A stretch of DNA of 64,000 nt. Source: Isurus oxyrinchus. Its lineage: Eukaryota. A program made the position numbers and the translations under genes. The notes under the pieces are model-generated. The model was not told the DNA's origin. It did not search any database and saw nothing but the letters and a program-made list of their open reading frames with translations. Where the stretch lies: assembly GCA_026770705.1 (NCBI GenBank), contig JANJGN010000023.1, positions 31,558,001 through 31,622,000 of the forward strand, read 5' to 3'. Below are positions 37,531-50,679 of this stretch, in pieces (position 1 is the first letter of the stretch; every line of letters begins with the position of its first letter).

Positions 37531-38759
37531 TGTAGCTGGGGGTGTTAAATCCCCATATTGGAGATGGTGGTGCTGTGTTTGCTGCACATGCGGGAATGTT
37601 GAATCTCACAATTATGGACCAAACAGTATCTTAGATGCAGACAAGCTGGGACATGTGTCAGCCACCCCAAATGCAGGACGGCGCCATAAATTCTGGTATG
37701 GCTGCCTTCTCCTGTGGCCATTAAGGCCATCACAGCCCTGAATTTCTTCATGTCAGGTTTATTCTAGGGCTCTGTCTGCATATTTTAGCATATTTTAATC
37801 TGCAGCCCACAACTGTTTAAGCCATGTTACAGATGCCTCGTTTGTAAGGGTTTCCAACTAGATTCACTGCTGTGGGTGCTCAAGTTCAGAGGGCTGTCGA
37901 TTTCACCTCCATTGCAGGTTTATTACAAATCCAGGCTGGAGTAGACTGCACCCATGTGAGAATTAAGGTGCCATCAGAATAGCCTGGCCCATTTGTCAAT
38001 CGGGTATTGTCAAAGGGGATCCTGCAAGTGTGTGCTCAGTATCCTTTGGCACCCTCAAGTTCCATAGATCCTTCTCCACACCAGACAGCCTCAGTGCTCC
38101 ATTTAAGACTTGGCTTCTGACCCCAGTGAGGAACTGTGCCACAGAGGAATAAGAGAGGCCAAAACCAGAGCCATCTCACCACCAGTGCCACAATAGGATA
38201 AGCCATTGTTTTGCTCCAAGTTAGATTCCATTGCCTTGACCAACCTGGTGGCACCCTTTAATGCCTCCTGGTGAGGGTATCCTGGATATTGGATGGTAGG
38301 GGCAGGCTCAAGTGGCTGAATGGCCCTACTCCTACTCCTGTTTCTTATGATCTTATGTGTGCTGTGCTCCTCTGCACAACCTGGCACTGCAGGGAAGGGC
38401 TGGAGCTGGTACCATAGAGAGTTGAAGAACGCTCAGCAACCACACAGGAGGAAAAGGAGCGACCTGAATTGCCATTGCTGCCTGCAGCTTTCAACCAGCA
38501 TGCCCATGAAGCCCATAATGCTCTCATCCACCAGCTGTCCTTCCATTACAGTTCAGAGCCTTATACTCTCATCGCTTAGTCTCAGACCATTCTGCGGCAC
38601 TTACCTGCCCAGAGCTAATGTGATAAGGAGCAAAAAATTACTCCATAAAAATTAGCTTGCACAAACTCATGCCTTCATTGAAATAAACATCATCCCTGTC
38701 ACACTAACAATGTAATAACCACTCAAGTGACTCCCTTTATGCAACTGAAATCATTTATA

Positions 38760-39678
38760 CATAAGGACATTCAAATTAGGAGCAGGAGTATGCCACTGGC
38801 CCCTCGAGCCTGCTCCACCATTCAGTAAGATCATAGCTGATCTGATTGTGGTCTCAACTCCAAATTCTGCCTACCCCTGATAACCTTTTGAGTCTCTTGT
38901 TCATCAAGAATCTATCTACCCCTGCCTTAAAAATATTCAATGACCCTGTCTCTACCGTTCTCTAAGGAAGAGAGTTCCAAAGATTCTTGACCCTCTGAGA
39001 GAAAAAATTTCTTCTCATCTCCATCTTAAATGGGAGGCCCCTTTTTTTTTAAACTGTGTCCCCTAGTTCTAGTCTCTCCCACAAGGGGAAACATCCTTTC
39101 AGCATCCACCCTGTTAAATCCCCTCATGCCGCCAATTAAGGCCCGCCCAGCGTGACGTGCACTCGGAAGCGCTCAGTGGAGATTAATTTCATATTGAAAT
39201 AATGAAATAAAGGAAAAATAAAATTATTCAGGCATGTCCCCTCATGTGACATGTTTATGAACTTTGATAAAAAATTTTATTTCATTAACAAATCCTTCGT
39301 GAAACCTCCTCCCGCCCGTGGATGAGGTTTCATGAAAAATGCAAAGGCCGCCTGGGCTCTTTGCCTGCCCGTGAACTTTAAGATTGGACGGGCAGCCCTG
39401 ACAATGACTTTAATTAGTTTATTAATGGCCTTAACAGGCCTTTGACAGTTTGGCGGGCATGCAGCTGACTTTGGTATGTGCCCGGCAAACGAAAGGTTGG
39501 AATGTCGCGCAGTGATGTTGGGACGCATGCCTGATGTCACCCCGATTTTACGCGTCGGCGTGTGGGGCCCACCCCTGCTTTGCCAAACAGAAGATTCTGC
39601 CCTATGTTTCAATAAGATCACCTCTCATTCTTATTAACTCCAGTGGGTACAGGTCCAGCCTGCCCAACTTTTCTTCAG
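38760..39678 (-). mobile_element. CR1 3' end interrupted by a truncated Harbinger MITE (39126-39602)
   Basis: LYPLELIRMRGDLIET at 39602-39650 continues at 39125. The MITE ends AAGATTCTGCCC. Confidence 0.85.
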
Positions 39679-40356
39679 TCAGCTGCCTCTGGATCCTCTT
39701 TTCACCCATCCTAGGTTTGATGGTTACTGCTCCGGATCCTCTTTTTGGCTGCTCTTCTAGGTGGTAGTGACTGCCCTGGGTCCTCTTTCCCACCCCACCC
39801 CCCCACCCTGCTCTATTTCCATATGCATTTAATTCTACATGCTGCTGTCACTGTGGCTTCATAAGAACTGGAGGCAGGCTGCCCATGCTGTTGCTCTGAC
39901 TTATGAAATATCCATGGCCTGTGTCCTCTGGGTTTTTGAGGCCATGAGGACTCTGTCAAAGACTGCCCCCTTGCATCTGTACAAGGACAGATTTGTCATG
40001 GGGGCGGGATGCAACGTATGTAACTGACAAAGGGGCCAAGGGCAAGGGCCATGTCTGGGGAGCGCTGAGAAAAGTCCCCGCCACTCTAGTGTATTCATCA
40101 GCTTGTTGTCTATTTTATATATCTGATTTACCTCATCTGCAGAGATGACACCTGCTCTAAGCCTACAACAGGGTTATTTACAGTGCTTTAAAATATCCCT
40201 GCAATAGATGTCTCCGCTCATGTCCACAGGTCTTTCTCTGGAAGCTTCCATTTACTTTTCTCTCAAAAGCTCTTCTCAGGCTTAAGCAATCAAGCACAGT
40301 GAACATAGATCAGTGAACAGACTAATATAATCAAGAGAGACTGACATAACCCAGAG

Positions 40357-40738
40357 GGGAGATGGTGGTGTAGTGGTATTACCATTGGCCTGGTAATTCA
40401 GAGGCCCAGGCTAACTTTCTGCAGACATGGCTTTGCATTCATATTAATCTAATTATTTAATAAATCTGGAATTGAAAGCTAGCCATAGTAATGGAGCCCA
40501 CGAAACTATGATAGATTTTTGTTCAAAACCCACTTGATTCACTAATACCTTTAGAGAAGGAAATCTGCCATCTTTACATCCTTACATGTGGCTCCAGACC
40601 ACACAGAAATGTGGTTGATTCCTATCTGCCCTCTGAAATAACCTAGTACGCCACTGGGCTCAAGGGCAATGAAGGATGGGCAACAAATGCTGTCCTTGCG
40701 ACCAATGGCCACATCCCATGGAAGAATACATTTTTAAA
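40357..40738 (+). mobile_element. HE1-type SINE
   Basis: Same head, body and tail as 32225-32562. Confidence 0.8.
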
Positions 40739-42429
40739 AACACAGATCAATTAAACCATTGAGCACTACAACTGCCATCATCCGTGCCTCCCTCTTCCCT
40801 CTCAGGGAGTTTCACCAGCGTTTCCCGGCTAACCAAAACACTTGGCTGCAGTTGAGTGTGGTGTTCAGCAATCAAGGCGGTTCTTTAATTAATGCTTTGC
40901 AAAGTTGTCACTATTCTGTGCAGGCCACTGTTGTGGGCCATCATCCACTTGGTGGGCTGCAGCATATGACTCTCCATGAGGTTGGCTACTCTTTCAATGG
41001 AGCTGGTCATGAGCTCAGCATACCACAGCCATTGTGGCACTCATGGTAGAGGTAGACTCCTCTTACCTTCTGTGTAAGGGAAATACTGCTTCTGAAAATT
41101 CTGATGCCCACAAGTTTGACCCCACCGAGGCTCAGCATTTGTGCCCAGCTGAGCAGAGCTTATTCTCAGCCCTCTGACGGGGACTCTCACCGATGTTGTC
41201 CCTGTCTCCAGCACCTGCCCCTGCTCATATGTGAAGTGCTCCTCACCATGTGCTAGCCTTTCTATCTGGGAGGTAGGACCCACTGAGGTGTGCGTATCTG
41301 AACTGGTGGAGGGTGTGCATGAGTCATGTGCCAGGGTCTCCTTGGAGCAGCATCATGACAGTCAATGTACTGGTGACATTGATTCAGCACGAGTAAAGGT
41401 TCAGTGCCAAATGATAGTGTGATATCTATTCCTGTCTCTGGGCCACCCCCATCTCCCTATCAACAACAGCCTGCACCACTGCCACCCTGCCGCACTCCAC
41501 GGCTCCCTCCTCTATTGCGGTCAAGGTGGTCATCCTGGCAGCTCCAATCCTGTTGCTCTGTCTCTCCTGGAATTTGTAGGCTTTCTTTTCTCCTGCAATG
41601 AGAAAAGGCAGAGTGTGAGGAGTTAAGTGATTGCTGAGAATGCAGGGATGGCATTTGAAAGGGTGACTGTGAGGAATAGGAGTGAAAGATTTTGGGTGAG
41701 TGTTACAGCTGTCTGTCAATGGGGCCTTGAGGAGCAGCCTGGGGAGAAAGGAATGTGTGAGTCAGCAAAGTGTGTGGTTCAGATGATTGCTGTACAGAAG
41801 GCTGCTAAAGAGGTGGGATATTGTTGGCTGTCAGCTGAGAGTTGCAGGCCATGAACCTGGCCAGACCTTAGGAGGTCATTGACCCATTTATGACACTGGA
41901 TCCATGTCCTCTGCACCACACTCCAGCTGCTCACCTCCTCTGCACCCTCAAGCCAAGCCTGTTTGATGAGCAGGCTGGCCTCCTCCTGCCATCCTTTGGA
42001 ATAAGGACCTCACTGCGTGTCCTGACTGCTTCCAGCATTACCTCCGGGGACTTATCCATGATTCTGGGGTAGCCTTTCCACGTCTTCCATCCATTATCTC
42101 CCCCTTTCCCGCTTCACACTGAGTGATTCACACCACACATTGGTGTCATTGTAGGTCCTTCCAGGGTCCCTTTAAATAAAGATCTTTTATTCCTGCATTT
42201 GACATCCTGCCCACCCTCTCTAATTGGTCAGGGAGTCAGAAGGTGGACTGTTAATTGGTTTACTCTGGGAAAGAGCAACCACAAAACCTGCACACCCAAG
42301 GAGTTGGGTTGTAAACACAAATATGATCCTGCTGTTGCTCCAGGAATTACGGGGGTAAGATTTCACCCTATGATTTGACCATGAATCTTGCCCACCAAAA
42401 GCACATATTGGGAATGATGGGCAAGTCTT

Positions 42430-42625
42430 GGACATATATCACTGTCCCGTTTACAGCTGCTTGGTCAAAATCTTGAAACTCCTCTTGCGGGAGCATCTGC
42501 AGCACACACATTAGAGCGGTTCAAGAAGACAGCTCACCACCACGTTCTCAAGGGTAGCTAGGGATGGGTGATAAATGCTGCGCCTGGCCAAGAACGCCCA
42601 CATCCCTGTAATTAATAAAGAAAAT
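42430..42625 (+). mobile_element. HER1-like LINE 3' tail
   Basis: 'gcggttcaagaagacagctcaccaccac..gggatgggtgataaatgctg..cccacatccc'. Confidence 0.8.
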
Positions 42626-43404
42626 AGATTGAGTTAGATTTAGCAAGAGAGGACATGAAGTACAAGTTTCACAGAGCAATTTATTTAATAATCATATCCT
42701 TTCAAATCAAGTTCAATTTTGGTCCATTTCTGCGGAGGTGGAAGAGGTTGCTATGGATATGAGGAGATCTTAACTAAAGCAGAGTAATTAAGAAGATTGA
42801 AAGTACTAAATAATCTTTGCATAAAATGCAGTAACCTTGCAGAGCAAGGATGCAGCGTGTGATCAGGTTGAGTGCTGATGACACTTAGTGGAGATAATTG
42901 GCATTACACACTTTGAATTTAAACAAAAACAGCTTTGGACTGCCACCCTGAGGGCACCTATTGCTATAGTTTCTGGCAGTAGAAACTGAAGGAAGGTAGG
43001 AAGAAACACACATCTGGGTGCAATACATTCAATGCACTTTATTAGCTGTTAAGTTTTGACCTCCTCCACTGATAGGGGCTGAAAGACCTACTCCTGTCTC
43101 ATGTTCCTACGTTCCACTGCTCGTGGTAGATCACGGTAGCAGACTTTTCAACTTCTTTAAGATCCAGGACAGGCCCATTACCAAAATCTGCAACACTTTA
43201 TTGGTAACAGATGGTGTCTAGTTCCACTGCCACATTAGCATGTGTGAAATAAAGCTCCCATATTTCTGCCCCAGCTCATCGCCAAGGGATGGTGAGGAAA
43301 GCAATGGGAACAACAAGCATATGCTTCCATTTTTTTTGCTTAAAGAATTAACTGGTAAGGACTTAACTCAACATCACTATTTTGTGAGTGTATGGCTGGC
43401 TATA

Positions 43405-43715
43405 ACACTCAGAACTGGGGAATGTACAGTGCGACAGTTGACATAAGCTGATTAATGTCCATTAGGCATTCCACTTGTAAGAAATTGGGAACAGAATGAG
43501 TGAATGTCAAGTCAAGGAGAAATCCTAGGATGAAGTTAGGAGGCTGAGTACTAATGTGAGACCTGAGCAGTTCACAAATTGAATGAAAAACTCCCTTAGT
43601 GCATGGAGTGGGCCTCACACCAGGTTACTGTTAGTGATCATCAGTGGGTGACATATTGCTGAAATGCCAACAGTGATTATGCTTCAAAAAGTGCTTCATT
43701 GGGTTTGGGACCTCT
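43405..43715 (+). mobile_element. Degenerate SacSINE1-like SINE
   Basis: 'cagaatgagtgaatgtcaagtcaaggaga..cagtgattatgcttcaaaaagtgcttcattgg..ttggga'. Confidence 0.4.
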
Positions 43716-45310
43716 ATCATGGACAGAATCTTTGTATTTTCTTACCTCCTGTGATGTGTTTTTTGTCATGGAATGAGGTTTGTGTTTTCTTACCCCTATG
43801 AGTGCGCGTTCCAATTAAATAATTTCAGCAGCAAGCTTTTGTGATTTAAAAAGGAAAGATTTTTTATTCCCATACACTTTTCTTGAATTAATGCAACTTT
43901 ACCTATTTGATCTCTCTCTCGCTCTCTCTCCCCCATACACATATGCATACACCAAGATTGGATACAGTTGAAGGTAATGTACTTTTATAGATTATAGTTA
44001 TCACAATCACTGGTTATGATCTTTGGTCTCCTGCATGCCAGGCCTGGCTTTTTAAATGATTTTGATGATTTAACGTTGAAGTAAGGGTCTTGTAAAACAA
44101 AGGGTTTGCGGCTGGTTGTGAGGTTTCTTTTAGTCGAAGAGCTAGGAGGTTGGTTCTCAAGCGAAATTTAAACTGGAACAGATTGCCGGTGGGGGGGGGG
44201 GGGGGGGGGGGGGGGGGGTAGTGGCAGGGGGGTCCTTCGGATCTTCTGCATTCAAGGTATTGCTGCTAACATCCTTGGCAGCTTGACGACTTGCGGCTAG
44301 TTTGTGGCCTGGCTTTCTGACCAACTGATGACTGATGACTAACTGCAAACAGCTCATAGCTGATTTTTTAAAGCAGACAAAAGCAATGACTGTCCCCATG
44401 TGACTTTTCAGAAGTTCAAGTCTTTTTCCAAATATGGTGTTTATGTTGATTTCCTTTCCTATGTTGTGGGTTAACACCAATGAGATTCACCCAGTCTAGT
44501 TTGGATGGAAAGGCCATCATAATAAAATGGGACTGTGCTAAAAGCCATTCACTTCCATCTGTCACCAGTTAAGTTTCGGTCTTCCCTTTTGTTCAGTATG
44601 AAACAATAAGTCACACAGTCTGACAATTCCATAGTCCTTTTGTGTTGGCCTGTCCTTAAACAAAAAGATGTGTGAATTCACTGGATGGCTGTGAATATCC
44701 ATATTTAATTAGTTATTCACCTGCAACTTGATACTGACTGTTGCTCAAATGTCAAAGGTCACGATTTACAGCAGCAATTTTAATAGCTTGTTTGTTTCTA
44801 GTTTTTAGAAGTATTGACTGAAAGTTCATAATACACTGGGCATGACACATGCTATGGTTATGAAAATCATTACGTGAAATGTCAGTTATTCCTCCCCTTC
44901 TACATTTGTATGTCGATTGCATGACTAACATGATAGGCGGGAATAGGCAATGCTGCTCAGTGACAAGCACTTTGCTGCATTGGAGTCAATTGGAGGTGTG
45001 GGCAGGAGCAGCAGCTCCCTCGCACAACATTATGCAAGGTACAGTTATCCAGATGAGTCTGGGAGATTCAAGCAGGAAAGATTATGCTGTGTTTCATCAA
45101 TTTGATCTGATGTTAAAGGTCTTACTAGGGACTGTGAAGAATGATGATGAGGCACAACTTGGATCAATAGGATTATTCAATTATGTGGAAGAGGTACTCA
45201 TTAAGAAATAAAGGTCGAAATCAACTGACGGTAAGGAAACAGGACTTCTCCAGCAAATTATGGTATTGACAGTATACTGCACAGAATCATTAAAGGGGGC
45301 CCACAACATT

Positions 45311-45632
45311 AGCGGAGGTGGTGGTATAGTCACTGGATTGGTAATCCAGAGACCAAGGGTAATTCTCTGGGGACCCAGGTTCAAATCCCACCATTGGAGA
45401 TGGTGGAATTTAAATTCAGTAAAAGAAAATCTGGAATTAAAAGTCTAATGAAACCATTGTTGTAAAAACCCATCTGGTTCAGGGAAGGAAATCTGCTGTC
45501 CTTACCTGGTCGGGCCTACATTTGACACCAGACCCACAGCAATGTGATTGACTCTTAAATGCCCAATGACAATGGGCAATAAATGCTGGCAGCCAGCAAT
45601 GCCCACATCCCATGAACAAATATGAAAGAAAA
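45311..45632 (+). mobile_element. HE1-type SINE
   Basis: 'ggtggtatagtcactggattggtaatccagag..ggttcaaatccc..aaaaacccatctggttca..cccacatcccatgaac'. Confidence 0.85.
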
Positions 45633-45814
45633 CACTCCACTCATTGTTCACTGGAGGATTCAACAAATTAAAATGTTGGGTTGAGAATGAAGCACAGACT
45701 TTACATTAGTGAAGGCATTCATGCGAGGTCTCATCATGTGGGTGGGGAATACTCAGATGATTTTAGGTGTGTAACTCTATTTTAAATCTAAAGCAACAAA
45801 GTCAAACAATGTCC

Positions 45815-46022
45815 TAAAATAAAAGAAAAATGCTGCAGATGCTGGAAGTCTGAAATAAAACAGAAAATGCTGGAAAAATCAACAGGTCTGAGAGAGAAAA
45901 AGAGGCAACGTTTCGAGTCCATATGACTGTTCTTCAGAGCTCTGACGAAGTCATACGTACTGTTTGCCTCACCACAGATGCTACCAGACCTACTGAGTTT
46001 TTCCAGCATTTTCCGTTTTTAT
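45815..46022. mobile_element. Penelope-derived fold-back element with degenerate hammerhead cores
   Basis: Arms 'aaaatgctggaaaaatcaacaggtctg' and 'cagacctactgagtttttccagcatttt'. The minus strand reads CTGAAGAacagtcatatggactcGAAACGTT. Confidence 0.75.
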
Positions 46023-48743
46023 TGCAAACAATGCTCTAACTCTTCAAATCCAAAATGGAGGCTGCCCAGAATATGTGTTTGCGGATCTGTGCATTGGTTT
46101 GAAACAAAGTCACCTGTTGGCAGCTGTGTTTATTTATTGGTGCCATATTCATGATGCTTATAGTCCAATAGTGATGTCAGCTGCTTGGCAAAGTGGATTG
46201 ACATGTTTGACATTAAACGTTCAAAATAGATGTATTTGAAAATTGAGATAAAATGCTTAAAATGGATAGCCATGTTTGATATTAAGTATAAAAGATAGAT
46301 AGCTGTTTTGATTTCTGCTATTTCATGTTAAAATGCATAGTTGCATTTATTTTTGATATTACGTTAAAGACAGGTGTGTTTCATAATTGATTTAACACGT
46401 TAAAGGTGAATAGCTATTTTTGTTTTCTATTACTTGTTAAAGATGGATAAATGTGTTTAATATTACATGTTAAAAATATATAAATGTATCTATGTTAAAG
46501 GAGTGTTTCTTGTTGCACTATCTATAATGTACAAAATATCCTGTGTATTGAGCTCACTTGCTTTGTCATACTCACTTCCTGTAACACCTTTTCTTGTCAC
46601 ACTTTGTTAATTTGACAGAACAGAACTTGACATATTCAGTCACCATAAATCAGTTGCTCTGACGTTGTTACAGGGCAAAACTCCCCTATTGGAGTGTCTC
46701 TGCGACACTATGAGTAATTTAATAGGATATCTGCTGGTTATACATTATAAATTGTCACTTTCATTCCAATGTGGAAATTCTGCCAGGATTTCTTCCTCTG
46801 TTTCCAATCAGGCACTGCTAAAATTATTGGATTTGCACTACCATTTAAAATTGTCTCATTATGCATAGGCACTGTTAAGCAGTGAAGCATTCGCATTTGT
46901 GCACTTAACCTTTAATGAGTCTGAATATGTGTTGAAATCATTGCTCCTGAGTAAGGTAATGAGAGTTCTTCTGTATGGGCACCCTTGCTGACAGTAGTTG
47001 CAGGTTCTGAATTGGAGGTTGATTGTTAGTTTGTTCAAGAGATCCTCAATCCAAAATCAGCTGTTCTCATTCTCATCTCCAAAAGTGTTCGATGTTCAAA
47101 GGAAGAATCAAAAAGAAGTGGGGAATGAGACATTAACAAATGTTGATTTTAATTTGCCCTTACTGACACTGTGGTTAAAATGCATTCATCAGCAGTAAGC
47201 AATTTTGAGTGCAGTTCACGTTCTGTACTGTAACAAGAGGCTAAAAATATATGTGAAATTAAGATTGTTTTGACAATACAAACACAGTTTTAGTAAATTC
47301 TTCTTTATTCTGTCAGCCTGTCCCCTGTGCAAAATTTAAACTCAGACCACAGGTGAAATTTTTTCATCCATTATTGTTGCTAAAATCACACAGATCATTC
47401 TGATGAATACTCCCCACAAATAGCTCACATGTGGCAACTAATTGAGGAAGATTAATTGATTCCAGCAAGTTTTGGATAACAATGTGAATATTTTAAATTG
47501 TCAGTACAGCGGCTCTCTGAAGAATGAGAGACAAGCAAGGCCAGTACTGATTGAAATGTTTCCCCTATAACCCTGATGGAGTCAGTTAGTTTGTGGCTCA
47601 TTCTCCATTAACATGGGCCAAAAAATATGGAGCACTTCTGGACTGCAATAATATTTTCATTATGTCTGAAAAGAAAGAGGGAGATGGTGCAGAAAATTAT
47701 GATTAATTGGCTTAGATCATCCCAAATAGATTTTTTTTGGTAAAATAAAACACACTCAGTTTGGATAGACATGCAAAATTCTGCATGTGTTCAGGGTTAA
47801 AGTAAACAGTGTGATTCTCTACAAACTGAAATGACCTTATATCCCCAAAAAAACAGAACAGGAATCATAATTAAACAGTTATGACCATAAAGGGGATATT
47901 AGGATCCCTCCACAAATTACATGTTTTGCTGCTGATGTGACAGTCTGACTTGCAGGCTTGTTAAGGGGAGGCACCCTCCCTCACAAAGCTGGCCTCTTAT
48001 CCATTAGATGAACGGATAGAGAGCAAGGAGGGAAACCCAGACATCTGCTACAACAGTTGAGAGGGAATAATCATGGAGTAGCAGATGTCAGCACCAGATT
48101 GGAGAATGGAGCTCGATTTTAGATGACTACAAAAGAGAGAGAGAAAAAAGACACAGTTAAATCACCACACAAGCGTATGTATCAAAATAAACATTTTGAC
48201 ACTTCTAACACAGCTGATTCCAATTGTACAATGACACATCTGTATGGGTGTTTTCAGTTGTGAGAGTTCTTGGCTTCCTTTATCGGTGATGAGGGAAAAA
48301 AAGGTCTGACGAATGAGCCTATGTGATGCGCCGGCCTGTTTCAGCAAAATCTCGATCATTTACTTTGCAAATTGGACATTCGTAACTGCCTGGCATAACT
48401 TTCTAGGTGTATTAAGGTCCTTTGGCACAATGAGCAGGTGCAGGACAATGGCCGGTTCCAGCTTTCAGTCAGGCCTGGCGGAAGTTGCGACCTTTCCCCA
48501 GTGAAAGAGACAGCTGCCTCTTGCCTTGGGCTCCAAAGCAGCAATAACAGAAACCCAGCAGCAGCACTCTTCTCTGAGTTGGTTAATCGAATGGACCATG
48601 AGGAAAATTTGCACACAAGGGAGAAATAGATATGAAATGAAATCTAGGATTACAAAACTATTTTTTCCCACATTGACAAGGAGAACTCAGCATAAATCTG
48701 TTTAGCTGTTGTTAAATCTGTGAATTACTTCTTTTTAACAGTA

Positions 48744-49040
48744 CAGTAAAGTTCATGTTATCCGGCACTCTGCGAACCAGAATTCTCCCAACCGGACTTT
48801 CTGATGTTCCCCAATACGAATCGTCACTTTAGCAACCAGAAACGATTACAAAGTTCTCCGGAACCTGGACTGTATACTGGATTATTCTATACTTTAATTT
48901 AGAAATACACTTGCTGTGTATTGTTCATTCTAGAAGGATTTTGCTGTATTCCATTGGTAAACGCGACTCCGTTAACGGGCATTTTTGATTAACCCGCACC
49001 ACCCATTCCCCGCGTGTGCCGGATAATTAAGATTTTACTG
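48744..49040. mobile_element. Tigger/pogo-like (Tc1/mariner) MITE
   Basis: Imperfect TIRs CAGTAAAGTTCATGTTATCCGGCAC / GTGCCGGATAATTAAGATTTTACTG, with TA on the left flank. Confidence 0.7.
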
Positions 49041-49059
49041 CACTCAGAATACATTAAAC

Positions 49060-49290
49060 CATAGAATATTATACTCTGGAAGGAGGCAATTTGTCCCACC
49101 ATGCCTCTTTGAGAAAGCTCTACAATTAGTCCTACTCACCATCCCTTTTCTTTCAAAGCCCAGCAATATTTTCCTTTTCAACTATGTTTCCAATTCCCTA
49201 TTGAAAGTTATCACTGAATCTGTTTCCACGCGCCCTTTCAGGCCATAAGCCTATCACTATGTAAAATGATTTTCCTCATTCCCAACATAA
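49060..49290 (-). mobile_element. Old CR1 3' tail
   Basis: 'catagaatattatactctggaaggaggc..tccaattccctattgaaagtta..gaatctgtttccac'. Confidence 0.65.
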
Positions 49291-49564
49291 CTTTGGACTC
49301 TATCTGTTGCTTTAGCTTTCCCTTTTCATTTTTTAAGGGAGTTGCTGTTCTCCCAGTTTTCAGTTCTAATGTAGGATTTACACCCACAATGTTAACTTTT
49401 CTTTACTCTTTTCAAAAAGCGGACCTCTTTGCTGCGGACATCCATCTATTTTTATTGCATGAGCTCACAAGCCTCAATTTTCTGATCAATGTTAATTTAA
49501 TTCCAATCATAACTTATTTTGCTTTACTCCTTTATTCTATTGTTTGATGACAATGGGTGCAGCT

Positions 49565-49822
49565 TTTCTTTATTCATTCAAGGGATGTGGGCTTCGCTAG
49601 CTGGGCCAGCATTTATTGCCCATTCCCATTTGCACTTAAGCAGGTGGTGGTGAGCTGCCTTCTTGGCTGAAGTCCATGTGGTGTAGGTACACCCCCAGTG
49701 CTGTTAGGAAGGGAGTTCCAGGATCTTGACCCAGCAACAGTGAAGGAACGGTGATATATTTCCCAGTCAGGATGGTGAATGACTTGGAGGGGAACTTCCA
49801 GGTGGTGGTGTTCCCATCTTCC
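49565..49822 (-). mobile_element. HER1-like LINE 3' end
   Basis: 'ttattcattcaagggatgtggg..gcatttattgccc..gagttccaggatcttgacccagc'. Confidence 0.85.
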
Positions 49823-50679
49823 TTAGTCTTTTGTTAGTCCAAAGATCTAAAATAATCACTTGAGTATCAGTTCATGTCAACCAATTGCAGAGTGACAAGT
49901 TTATGATTAAGCATTACATGGGCCAATGCTTCTTGAATGCTCATCAGGAGCAACCTGACATTAAGTTGCTCTGACATGGTAGAGCAAGAGAAGGCTACCT
50001 ATAGAAACAGATTAAACAATAAAGATTTTTTAGCATAACTTGATATAGAATGAGTGTCAGTTCTTCATGGGGTCCACAGAAACTGGCAAAAAAAAAGCTT
50101 TCACTGAGTACAATCTTCAGCAGGCTAATGTCTCAACACTTGTCTTCATTATTTTTTCACATCATGTTCCACGCTCATATTGGACAGGGTGCTAGAAGCC
50201 TGCAGCTTGCATTGAGGTGGTCCACTGAGCTCCCACAGTGAGAAATTACTTGAAACCTTCAGCAGATTTAAGGACCAGGTAAAAATAGACACTTGAGAAT
50301 TAGCAGACAATGAAAGCAGAAATAAATAATTAAACTCTGTCTCAATTTTCCACTGAGAGTTTTCTTCCATCTTCCAGTTTAATTGTATATTGTTCACCTG
50401 AGATTAAAATAACACTTCTGGGTTTTTTTGTTATCACCGCACACTGAAAGTGTAAGTGCTTCCAACTTGTGTACTACTCAAGAGTACTTGCAAAATAAAT
50501 TTACCACATAAACAAAGCACTGAGGAACAAATGCTATTTTCTACAAAAATCTGCAAGGGCTACATGTACTTTTATTATATTCATCTGTTTTGTGTCAAAG
50601 TCCTATAAGTGGCTCATTAATAGATCACTTTCTTGATAAGTGGACAGTAATAGACTTGTATTTTCAGGCCATTTTAAAA

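Larger units (their letters stand above)
37790..42395. mobile_element. Old fragmented two-gene Harbinger: transposase remnant (+, ~37830-38600) and Myb-gene remnant (-, ~39700-42100)
   Basis: Degenerate 'agggctgtcgatttcacc' (GAIDCT-like) and ILQVCAQYP. 41270-41320 resembles the reverse complement of 5845-5890. TIR-like AATCTTGCCC at ~42390. Confidence 0.55.

Noticed and set aside
35969-37609. 546-aa and 293-aa His/Pro/Thr/Ser-rich ORFs (mucin/extensin-like)
   Set aside because: They arise from the stop-free C-rich strand of a 23-bp repeat. The unit is not a multiple of 3, all frames give the same peptide, and there is no signal peptide or splice context.
46180-46500. AT-rich degenerate ~30-bp periodicity (tgtttga.att...gttaaa)
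   Set aside because: Too decayed to define a unit; probably an old low-complexity tandem repeat.
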